A DNA stretch of 63,939 nt, the filler included, from Dugesia japonica (Eukaryota): NCBI GenBank assembly GCA_001938525.1. It is 5 parts of 5 records of this genome, joined end to end, with 100 filler letters (N's around TTAATTAATTAA, not from the genome) between each part and the next. Parts side by side here need not be neighbours in the genome. Positions count along the whole stretch, not along the records: positions 1 to 15,865 come from MQRL01621496.1; 4 more parts are not named here. The stretch is one strand, 5' to 3'. The position numbers and the translations under genes are program-made. Below the pieces are notes generated by a model. The model saw nothing but the letters and a program-made list of their open reading frames with translations, was not told where the DNA came from and did no database searches. Positions 1-11,949 of this stretch are shown here, piece after piece (position 1 is the first letter of the stretch; the number at the start of each line of letters is the position of its first letter).

Positions 1-1427
1 TTATTTTGTAAGTAATATTTTTTATTGCATATATTTCTACGATCACAAATGCATTTGAGATCACAAAATTCTGTCTTGGTTTCTGTAATTACATATCCAA
101 AGGTGCTTGCGTTTTAAATATAATTCTTAGATTGTGTTTGAGTTTCGATTTATTTATTATATTTTGCATGATTTGGCTACATTTCTCATAAATAAAAGGT
201 AATTTAATTACTATGTTTGTTTTTTGTTTGATTTATTTATATTTTGTATTCGAGGATAGATACACATTAAACTCGGCTTAGTGTTTATTTTAATGGAAAT
301 AATGAAATATAGCTTATAGATTTATGTCTAATGGAACAAATTAAGAATATTCAATGAATTAAGTGGTTGCATTGATAGACTAGATTAACCCGTTAACGCC
401 CAATTTAATTTTTTTAAGAATATGTTTACAGAAGTTTAGAAGCGAATAACACAAACACTAAAATACGTNTGATAAAANCAATACATGTCAAGTGTAAGCA
501 TATTATTGTTTATTATTCTTATTTTAAAATTAAAATGGAATAAGGTTTAAATAGAGTACTAGAAAAATTATCAAGTGGGTCCTCAAAAGAGGACGCTGAG
601 TGCTAATGAGTGAAAATAAATGAAAGCACTGATTTAAGTAGAATACATGATTGTATTAAATGTATAGGTNNNNNNNNNNNNNNNNNNNNNNNNNNNNNNN
701 NNNNNNNNNNNNNNNNNNNNNNNNNNNNNNNNNNNNNNNNNNNNNNNNNNNNNNNNNNNNNNNNNNNNNNNNNNNNNNNNNNNNNNNNNNNNNNNNNNNN
801 NNNNNNNNNNNNNNNNNNNNNNNNNNNTCGTGTCTTGATTTCGTTTATTTCGTAAGTTTTGTTCTGCGTGAGATTTTTTATGTGATTTTTTATGCGGTAC
901 CTATCCATTACACAAAAACAGGTTTGAGCGTATTGAGTTCAGTGAATGTATCAGATTCATTGGGTTTATTAATGTATCGGGTTTAATTACTTGTATTGGT
1001 TTAGACAGAATATATACATAACTTGACACATGTTCCTTTATAGTATTAAACAATTGCTAAAAAATTTGGCTTATATACATGAGTAACAAATTTTGGAATG
1101 TTGAAAAGATTACATTTATTACAAACAATGAATTTAAACAAGAAATAATGAAGATGATATTACAATTAATTAATAAGTTTAATCAAAATTACTTAAAATA
1201 ATCTAGTTAAATACGTGTATTTGTAGTATACTGAAATATTATTAAATAACTTTCAAGTTTTTAAGTTCTCAATTGTCAAGAATCGGTGAGTTGTACCCAT
1301 CAAACAAATATGTGTAAAGACTTTTATTAATCTAAAGGAAGACAAAGGCATGATTACAATAGAAATCCATTGTAAATCTATATAGGTAAATAGACTATTA
1401 AATATTTTATCAACGTATAACATCTAT

Positions 1428-1710
1428 GGATAAATTTCCATGACTTCTGTGTACTGTTATATAGATTTCAATGACTTCTGTGAAATTATTGATAAAATTT
1501 TATGACTACTCGGAAATATTGGATAAAATTTTCAACACTTCTCTGAAATTCTATGTAAATTTCGAACACATCTCAGATATTTTTGAATTATTTCCCCAAT
1601 GTTTTACATGGGATTTGCTAATTTTCCAACATTTCTCTGAAATTCTGTATAATACTCCAACACTTCCTGAAAACTTTGTACCATTTTCCAATACTTTTAA
1701 AATAATATAG
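1428..1710. repeat. Degenerate tandem repeat, ~31-bp period, about 9 units
   Basis: Successive units such as ataaatttccatgacttctgtgtactgttat / atagatttcaatgacttctgtgaaattattg / ataaaattttatgactactcggaaatattgg / aattttccaacatttctctgaaattctgtat align by eye. Confidence 0.7.
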
Positions 1711-3379
1711 TCATTTATCCTTCATTATCATCATCTGCTTGCANNTCTGCTTGCACCTCTACTTTCTTCATTTCTTCTTTCCTCTAAAAATTAAAAACAA
1801 ACACTTGTAGTAATTTGTAGAAATATTTCCTTCATTTCTATGTATTTATGACTAATATGAATAAACTTCTAATGTCCGGGGCATACTCTACTTATAATTT
1901 TCAGTTATGGGTTTATTGATTGTATTTAGTTTTATAGTGTTTATGTTGAGATCTGAAGTTGAAAAGTTAAGAGTCAAATATAACAACAGCAATACATAAC
2001 ATATAACACATGACAATCAATATTCGAATCTATTGGAGATCGGTCAACAATCAAGCGTGTTCAAGATCAATGATCAACAATTTATAAATTAACAACATTT
2101 ATGATCGTGAATCAATAACATTTATTTTATGACATTATTTTGTAGTGGTTTGATCAGCAACATTTATTTTATTTTTATTTTTGGTCTATTATTATTATTC
2201 TTCATTTTTTAGTTTTATTATGATTTTATTATTATTATTTTATTTTTATCGTTATTAGAGCGGATATTATTGTCGATTCTGTAAATCGAAAATGCTGATT
2301 TAAATTCAAAAATATAAATAAAACTTTGTAAATATCGGTTTAATTAATCGAAACTGCCGATTTAAATTCACAATGATTTTATAAAATTTTGTAAATAATT
2401 AGTAAAATTTTGTAAATAATTATTTCATTATTAGTTTTGTGCATGTATGTATCCTGTAGAAAATCAGTACAAATACTGATTATTTTTATTTAAAAATTCA
2501 GACTTTTTAATTGAGAAAACCTCTCTTTTTGAGTGGCTTTTTTCTTTTAATAAAATCTTTTTAATAAAGTCTTAATGTTACTGTTATTTGTTATACATCA
2601 AAAATAAAAGTATTGAAAAAGGTATATCTTCATTTATTTATAAGAGACAACATACATATATTACACTATTTATAATTTTGATTAATAATATACTTTATAC
2701 AGTATTTGTACTTACATACGAAATCAACACACCTCTATAACAACAAAGAAATTAAANAAATTTTATCGAACCATAAACATTTTGTTGAGTTAAATACCCA
2801 ACATTTAATGTACTTGGATAGTATAGTTATTAAATAAATAAATATATGATGGTTAATTGTATCAAATATCAGGGCTTATATTTGTAAGAACGTACTGTAT
2901 ACGTATGATATTAGTACATAGATATAAAAAACACTAGAAATTATTTAGAGTTTCATTCAAGTACATGATTTATATCTTCAAGGTATTCAATGCCGCAGAA
3001 TAGATTTTTGACACTGATTACATGAATAAGCACATCAAAAAGAATATGAAAGATATATTTTGATTACAACATCAATTTCAATGTAGTGACAAGTAGCAAC
3101 TGGTCACTCAAATTTCATGACGGATGATTATTTAATAGGTTTATTCGATCAAATCAGTATATTAAAGTAAATTATTGTGTTTAATTTTAGACTTCTAATA
3201 GAATCCAGACTAATTATGATCGACGAAAGATACCATTTGATTTGAAAAAAAATCTTGTAATTTAAATTTTTTGTATGATTTTAGTATTATTTTAATGTAA
3301 ATTGAGCTATCTCAATGTTTCCAAATTTGACGATTACAAAAAGAATTAATTTAAAATAATTTCAAAATTTTAATTAATT

Positions 3380-3591
3380 AATTATTAATAATTATTTCTT
3401 TTTCTTATTATTATAATTATTATTTATTATTATTATAATTTATGATTTATATCTAATAATAATTATAATAATAATAATAATAATTATTAAAAATTATTAC
3501 TAATTATTTTTCTATGAAATTATTATTTATTATTATTATTTATTATTATAATTTATTATTATTTATTAATAAATAATTATTACTAATTAAA

Positions 3592-3624
<33 letters not shown>

Positions 3625-3720
3625 GTATTTTTATTATTTTTATTATTATTATTGTTATTATTATTATTATTATTATTATCAAATTTATTATTATTATTAT
3701 GATTATGATTATAATTTTAT
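3380..3720. repeat. Imperfect (ATT)n microsatellite / low-complexity tract
   Basis: Long runs of ttattattatta visible directly. Confidence 0.9.
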
Positions 3721-4269
3721 ATTCTTTCGAGAAATACGTATATTTTTCCAGTAAATCCTTTACGAAAATGTTAACTGTTTTATTCTGAGTTCAACGATAC
3801 TAATTGTTTGATTATCATAAGTATTTCCAGAGTAAATAATTTATTTTATCCAAGGTTGGACATGATACACGACAATTTTCTATATTTCGAAGTAAGCATA
3901 TTTATACAGCAAATTCTATACGAAATGTGTTCAGAATTTTATTTTGAATTGAATAGTACTAATTAAGAAGCGATACAATAAGTTTTGACTGAGAAATTCG
4001 TTGATCAAGGCCAAGTGATCCAGTGCGACGCTGCATTTATTCTGAAAAAGTACAGAGAAGTGAACCAGTGCGTAACTACCTTTTCTAAGAGAACCAAGCA
4101 TATTTTCACTGCAGATCCTATACAAAAAATAGTTTTTAATTCTGAGTTCAATGGTACTAATCTAGTGCGCCACTATCCATCTATATGTACTCTATGAAAC
4201 ACATAGGTAGACGAATATACAATAAATGTAGACTTTTTTCAGCGCCTAAAGATTAATTTCTTCGCTCTG

Positions 4270-6305
4270 GTCAATGTTTCTGTTGTTGTGGAGAAGGCCA
4301 TCTGATCGATTAGTATGTGTGTTGATTTCAGTAGAATAAAAACAATCACTGAGAAGTTTAAATTTTCTATGCTAGATATGCACCACCCATTGTAGAACAA
4401 ATGTTTAATTTGCGGTAAACATGATCATCTTTCCGGTCATGTTCACTGTTAGAAACAACAGCAAAGCCTTCAAGAATATTAGTGATGCGTATACACAAGG
4501 AATCAGATGATATAAAGCAAATAAACTGTTTACAAGATGAATTTGAAGAAGGAAAAAACAAGAGGACCCCAATTACATACATTTTATTTGTGGGGTTAAC
4601 TCAATAAAAAATTTCAATAATCGGAATGGAAAAGACATTGAAATGTATGAGACTGCAAATGGACTTTGATGAAGATGGAAGATATGGAAATTAGACTGTC
4701 TTGAGATTCTGGAGCATCACTAACAGCAATGAGTGAAGAAACGTAGAGAACAGTCGGATATCCTAAATTATTTTCAAGCAGTATCTTAGTGAGCGGTGTA
4801 TTTTCATCGGGAGGATTGAAGCCTTTTGGGATGTTCAATACTAAACTTTATTAGAATGAAAGAACTTGCAAAGCAGAAGTAATTGTTCTAAAGAACACTG
4901 CAACCAGATGTTATTGGTGATGTGAATTTGATGAAGTTATTTGGAGTCAAAGTGTACTCAGTTTACAATATTAGATTCCGTTGATTTGAAGAAAAAAATA
5001 TCAGACATTAATAGAAGAAATTATGTAGCATCAAGTTTTAAAGATCAATAAAGTATGTGATTTCATAATTTATTGGGTCAATTTTGCAATATTTTTATGG
5101 CATCAAAATTTGACATTAGGTTTACAATTGTAGTTCAAAATGATATCGAAGTAACAAGCACACCTATTTTACAACACCCAAGAAGACAACCCAACATTCC
5201 ATAATGCATCTTGAGTCAAAGGTTGATGAAACAGTGTCACATTTCGTAATCGCTCGCATTGTTTCAGAATGTAAAAGCCTATTGAAATCTTCTTTAGAAG
5301 TGGTTTCAATAAAAGGATGGATCGATTCGTATGTGAGTTGATTTCAGTAGAATAAAAAAAAATCACGGAGAAGTTTCCATCTCCTATGCTAGATAGGCAG
5401 ATATTATTTGGCTGATTCCAAGTATTTTTCAATAATAGATTTGGATCAAGCGTTTTATCAAAAGTAATAAAGGAGCTGTCAGAGAAGTCAAGCTTGATCA
5501 CAGCTTTTAGAACCAAACAAGGCCAGTCTTTGCCATTTGGATTAGCATTTGGCTGATTCCAAGTATTTTTCAATAATAGATTTAGATCAAGCGTTTTATC
5601 AAAAGTAATAAAGGAGCTGTCAGAGAAGTCAAGCTTGATCACAGCTTTTAGAACCAAACAAGGCCAGTCTTTGCCATTTGGATTAGCAACAGTATCATTA
5701 AAATTTCAGACACTTGTCGCTAATGAACTGCGATACTGTGTAACAAAAAATGAATGGTTAGCCTTATACGAATTTGTTTTACATTTTAAACAATATTTAT
5801 ATGGAGAATAGTTTATTGCACCCACGGATTAGAAAGCTTTAGTTTTTATGAATATTACAAAACATCTAATCAGTCCCCAATTTCAGACTTGGTTGGAAAG
5901 TTTATCTGAATTCAATTTTGAGTTGAAGTACAGAAAAAGCGAGGAGCATGGTAATGCTGATGGAATATCAAGAATTTCTCACATCACATGTGCGCAGTGT
6001 CAGACAAAATACAGTGATGCCAAGAAAGAAAAGCCCAATATTAATATGATGCAGCATGATTTTGGTCGGCTGGAAAGAATGCAATGTGAACAAAACTGAG
6101 ATCGAGTTCCAGGAATTTTTAACAGGGGAGAGGGTTGAGTTGTCCGAAGTTTCAGAAAAGAATATTCTTTATGCCAGGAGAAATAGTCTTAATGTAGTGA
6201 ACGATTTGATGATTCTAAGAAGAAATGATAAAAATCTTATTTTAATACCAGAAGAATTTGTACAGGAGTTCGTATCAAATATTAATTCAGAACTGTCATT
6301 TTGAT
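4270..6305 (+). mobile_element. Decayed Ty3/Gypsy LTR retrotransposon gag-pol remnant
   Basis: Zinc-knuckle-like KCLICGKHDH (~4400). Protease DSGAS (4705). RT pieces: MCVDFSR at ~4315 and a similar copy at ~5330, plus YFSIIDLDQAFYQ...TAFRT...LPFGLA (5410-5690). RNase H end ISPQFQTW...HGNADGISR and CAQCQT (5870-6010). Many stops and frameshifts. Confidence 0.85.
5407..5688 (+). repeat. 141-bp tandem duplication inside the RT remnant
   Basis: 5407-5547 and 5548-5688 are identical except one base (ttggatcaag vs ttagatcaag). Confidence 0.95.
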
Positions 6306-6859
6306 AAAGTAAATAGATTTTTATTTTTAGAGTGATTATTTAATATCTAAATCAAATATAAAGAACTATCTTAATATAAGGATAATTAAACAATGATAAC
6401 AATAAATTGATAACGGTGTTAATTATTGATCACGTTTCATAATAGTTAAAAGAATTACCAACAATGATCACTCATGATAATAAAGATTAATAATAGTAAT
6501 TTATAACAAACATAAGCGTGTGGAATCCCCTATGAACTTAGGACTCAAAAAAATTTACCTAACTTAAAATCTCTAAGTTAGTAAGTATACTAGGGGGTTG
6601 TTTATAGAATATTCGTAATGCTTCATTAAAATTCTATTATCAAAAATAATAATGATAAAAAAAATCGCGATAAAAATAATAATAATAACACATATTTCCC
6701 ATAAATCAGTGATAATTACCCTGACTAATAGTCTCAGGAGGTCATAACGTATTAACCATATTATAAGGTTATGTATAATAACAGTTGTCATGGTGCACGA
6801 TTTTCAACGACACCATTATCATGGACAATCATCAGGATAGCGACACTAATGATAAGCTT

Positions 6860-7070
6860 TAAGATTATCTAACGATCTAAAGCGAATATCGATTAAATAA
6901 GAACCCGAACTAAAAGAATTAGAGCATGCATTGGAACTACAAGTTGCGAGTTACCGGCTCTATTCTGAAAATCTAAAAGGGTGACACTAGATCAAATTCT
7001 TCGCGGAGTTTTGCTAGAGATATTAGTTTAGATATAAGATAAATTGAGATGACTAGATGGAATCCAAACA
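6860..7070 (-). mobile_element. Partial copy of the LTR family typified by 55375-56965
   Basis: Reverse complement starts TGTTTGG and carries CTAGCAAAAC...GAAGAATTTGATCTAGTGTC...GAATAGAGCCGGTAACTC, matching the 55375, 58030 and 63182 copies. Confidence 0.7.
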
Positions 7071-10000
7071 TTTATCCATTTAGTATTTTCGTATTAAGAA
7101 ATTATTAGAAAACGTAATCTATGAAATTGAAATTGAATGTTTTTTGAAGTATTTTTCAAAAAATTATATTTATTATTAAAAAATTCATTAACACGTTTAT
7201 AAACAATTTATAATTGATACTTTCTATTTAGTAAATTAAAATTTAAACAATTCAACCATGTCAAAAGACAACATAATTTAAACTAACTAAACGTAAAATT
7301 AGAAAACTAACCTATTTCATTTATATACGATTCAAGATTTATATTATAAATCCAAATTCCTTATATAAAATTAATATTTTAAACAACATATATAAACAAG
7401 TTAATAAATCTACCGCAATTTTCCACCAATAACGTGCAAGAAATCTTTAAAAATCACATTTAAATAAAAAGATAAACAGTTCGTGAAAATATTTATCTAT
7501 TATCTATATGCGCATTATCTAAAAATTTTCATTATAAGATGGATAGTGCATACTACACCATTTAATATGCAAACCTCCCAGGATTAGTGATGAAATGAAA
7601 CTTAATCTCTGTGTATTAAATTTGGAATTAAGAAATTGCATCATATTAGATAATATTATGTAAGTGGTGTGAAATTTTTCCCCTATTTAATTAGTGAAAA
7701 TATTTTGCACACAAATTATATAATTGGATTAATTTCATCGTCGAGATATTACGTAATATTATCGGATTAAGTGGTGTGGAATTTTTCGTAAGTATTTAGT
7801 TGGGAAAATTGTTTATGGGAATGCGGGTAAACAGCTCAAATTTGAAAAAAAAATTTATTCAGTTTCGGTCAAATATTTCCCCGGGCTGGTCGAATTTGGT
7901 GATTTTTTGGTCGATTCGGTCGAATTATTCTCTGTTAGGTTGCGATTAGGTCAGTTTGGCTGATAATCTGGGCAAATTCGATCGGGTGTATGTGATTTTT
8001 GAATGATAATTTGCTCAGTGAATTAGAATCATGTCTACTTTTTGACTGGTTTTGGCTCCTTTTGGAGATAAATTACACTTCACTGGTTTTCTTACAGGTC
8101 TTCACTCTCATTAACTGATTTTCCTCAGCTATTTGATGGTCTTCGCTCTTTGCTGGCGGTAAATATACTGTTTGAATAATGTTTTTCTACATTGAAATTC
8201 GTAGTAAGACGAAGTTTCAACTTATAAATTTAAACCGGTTGCATATTTTTAATTGTAATTTTTAAATTTAATTAGATTTTGTGTGTATTTTATTTCACGT
8301 TCTAATTTTACCCATAAAAAATTGAATTAATTTTTAATTTATTAATATTAATTTTTTATTAAGCACTGGTCCATTTGAAATAATTTCTGTATATTTATTG
8401 AAAATGAATAATTTCAAACTTTTATTTATAATAGGAATTTTTATTAAGCATTAGATAAATTTGAAAAATTTGTAACTATTTATTAAAAATAACCCATGTA
8501 ATTGATATCATAAATAATTTTCAAAAAATTATCAGAAAAGTATCTAAAACATTAACCATTTATAGGTCATTGACTGAACTCAGTTAATAACCCATCACTT
8601 TAATGCCTATATTTCCAATAGCGCCTATAGATATTACAACTTTAGAATTTTAATACGTTATAATAAATATAAGAAATATTATTAGTATTTTTATTGAATT
8701 TATTTTATGTGGGCAATAAGTATTTTAAAATGTAATAGTTGAAATTAAAATTTCAAAATAATTAATTTGCCCTAAAAATGGTTAATTTTAAGTGTAAAAT
8801 ACAATAACTTTAGACTTTTAAATAAGAAGGAAAATTTAATCTTTTACAATTATGAAGAGGAAAAATCTTTACAATTTATGGTTTCACATTCAGTAAATAC
8901 TAAAATAAATAAGGATAATTCTAAAATTAACTAAAATTAAATAAAACAAGGGCAATTTTTATTTTCAATTAGGATATTAAAATTTTTATTCGTGTGTTAT
9001 AATTTCTTAATGTATTGAATTTTTAAGTTAAATTTAAAATTTTTATATGTTGATTCTAAATTTTACTTTGATTGAATGAAACTTCTTTGGAAATTACTTT
9101 GATTTATTTATTTCAAAGGTTTATAATAGGTTCATAATAAAACTGGATCACTTAGCCTTGATCAACGAATTTCTCAGTCAATAATAAAACCTATATTTTC
9201 ATATTGAAACTATTATTTTATTGATAAAAACATTATTTTTTCATAATTGAAACCATTGATACTATACTACATGGTTAATTATTGAGTCGTATTATTTAAT
9301 TTACGGAAATGTTTATCAATGTTACAGTAACGTAACAAATTTAAGAAAATTTCAACATATTTAACGATTTTATTGTATAAACTTTATGAAATTACTGCCT
9401 ACCTAAAAGATTTAGAAACATATATTTTCCTTGTTAAGACCATTATTTCAAATATGTCCAATATTTTCTATGTTGAAATCAATATCTTTTATAATGAATC
9501 ACGTAATTTCTATGTTAAGCTCTAACATGTTATGTTATTTTCTAACATGACAACTGAATATTTGCTATCTAGAAAGAAAATAACCTAAGGAGACCAATGA
9601 GTAAGAGGGGTTGCTAATGAACAAGCAAAGAAACAGAAGAAAAATTAGATGATGGAAAATATACTGAAAGGGTTATATTATTTAAATAAGAAGCATGTAA
9701 TACCAACTCTCATGTATTATCATTCAATCTGAATATTTCCTTTTATTTTGAAATGTCACTCTTTAAGAAAGTAATAAAGTGTGGTCTATGAAAATATGAA
9801 GAAAAAAACATCGAAACCTAATAGAAAATAGNNNNNNNNNNNNNNNNNNNNNNNNNNNNNNNNNNNNNNNNNNNNNNNNNNNNNNNNNNNNNNNNNNNNN
9901 NNNNNNNNNNNNNNNNNNNNNNNNNNNNNNNNNNNNNNNNNNNNNNNNNNNNNNNNNNNNNNNNNNNNNNNNNNNNNNNNNNNNNNNNNNNNNNNNNNNA

Positions 10001-10299
10001 GGTGAAAATAGACAGAAAGTAGATGAATAAAGCATATTAAATGTATAGAACAAGTAACATCAAAGAAGAAAGAGATTATATCAATTTTGAAGAGAAATGA
10101 GATGATGAAAATTGGTTTGTTGATTCTGAAGATGATGAATTTTTAATAATCACGAATTCATTTCTACATCTAATTAAATTTCAAAATTACATTCACAAAA
10201 TAATTAATTAAATATATTAAATATTTATTTAATTTTGTTTATATTTTTATCAAATATTTTATTGAAATACATTCTTTTCAAATTATTTGGATTCTTTTT

Positions 10300-11600
10300 C
10301 ATTCAAATTATGTCATTTGATATTAACTACAATGGTGTCAGAAGCAAAAAACAAAATCGCGTTCAGGTGAAAATACCGAATTATTTTCCGAATCCGATCA
10401 TTTGGTTCACACAAGTAGATGCAGGTTTCGAATTATCCAACATTCGCAATTAAAAGACAAAGCATTTTCACCTGCTCACTAGCTTTCTTCTAGATATAAT
10501 AGAAATCGATTCATATGATTTAAATTCGCATTCTAATGATCCTAATGAAAATTTAAAGCATACCATATTAGCGAAAACGTCAATGTTTATGACTCAGGCA
10601 ATCAATTGGCTTACAAATTCAAAAATGGTTTGTTACAGGCGTCCATCTCAAACTCTATTGGAGCTAACACAATTCTTCAAAATTAAGCAGCCTGATGAAA
10701 ATCCAGAAACATCAAACCTTTTCAGACACATATTTATGCAGTCAGTGTCAATCAATATTCAGCATCATTTGGTACAATACCAAACTAAAAATCTGAATTA
10801 GCTAGCCAAGCTAGCTGACTGTCATTTAGAAATAGAATCCCATTCTCTCAACTCTATTATCAAAAGCCATGAAGAAGTGAATTCAACTCAAGAAGTTCTC
10901 AATTCTATTAAAGCACGAAGGAATCAGGATAATGATAAAAATTTAAGAGATCCAAGACAAACCAAAGTCGTCGCAATCTATAAATACGATCTTCAAAGTT
11001 CCAGTTTTTTCAGAAAAACTAAAATATAAATTTTTAGTGGACTCAGGTGCTGACATTAGTATTGTTTCTATTCAACTATTCCAGCCAGATAATAAAAATC
11101 AGACATGTCTACTGCTAACAATGTAGAAATCGATGTTTTGGTGAGAGAAAATTAATATTATATATTCCAAGCATTGTAGGAACATTCACATGGCTTTTCA
11201 CAGTTGCTGAAGTACGCCGACTAATCTTAGGATCTGACTTCCTGTCAAAGTTTAGATTATTTGTAGATTGCCACAACAAATGCATTCTTAGAAAACAGAA
11301 CAATATTATGAGTACTGAAAATCAAACTTGTCTAAGAATAGAAACTTTCGGAGCACTAGTAAAACAAAGAGTTTGTAGATTAGGAGGAACCGTTCTCAAT
11401 CAAATATTATATCACTCAGGATATTATTCAACCAATTAACAGCGAATAGGTTTTACCACTTGTAATTGTCAAAAAGAAAGATGGAACTCTTCGTCCATGT
11501 GGAGAATATCACATACTTAATGCAATCACGAAACCAGGCTAATTATCCAGAATGAGCGACATTTTGGACAGAATTATAAGTTTTTCTACAGAAAATTTTC
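10300..11600 (+). mobile_element. Ty3/Gypsy remnant (gag, protease, RT start)
   Basis: Gag-like VQVKIPNYFPNPIIWFTQVDAGF. Protease FLVDSGADISIV (~11032) and downstream ILGSDFL. RT start PLVIVKKKDGTLRPCG. Interrupted by stops. Confidence 0.8.
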
Positions 11601-11949
11601 AGCAGACTGGTATAAAGATTTTCATGTTATTATTATTATAATTTAAAAGTTCCATACGTTGTCTCCTTACTTTAAAGAATCAACTAATGACGTCATTTAA
11701 TACTTGGCGTCGTTTTATGTTAGTAAACGAATACAAAAATTTTGACAAAAATGTAAAACCACCCTCCTAAAAATATTTCTAAGTTTTCTTGATTAAATCA
11801 GTTAATTAAATCAAATATTTAATTGGTTTAGTTTCTATTTGTAACCGCAAATTTGTTACACGAAAAACAAAATTTTCCAAAATTGAATTTGTAAGGAAAA
11901 TTAACATTTGAAATGAAATGTGAACCACATTATCATTTAAAATAATTTA

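Noticed and set aside
3745-4165. CRISPR array
   Set aside because: Eukaryotic context, repeats too long and diverged, spacers too long, no cas genes.
5169-5657. 162-aa minus-strand ORF with an internal repeat
   Set aside because: Antisense shadow of the duplicated RT segment.
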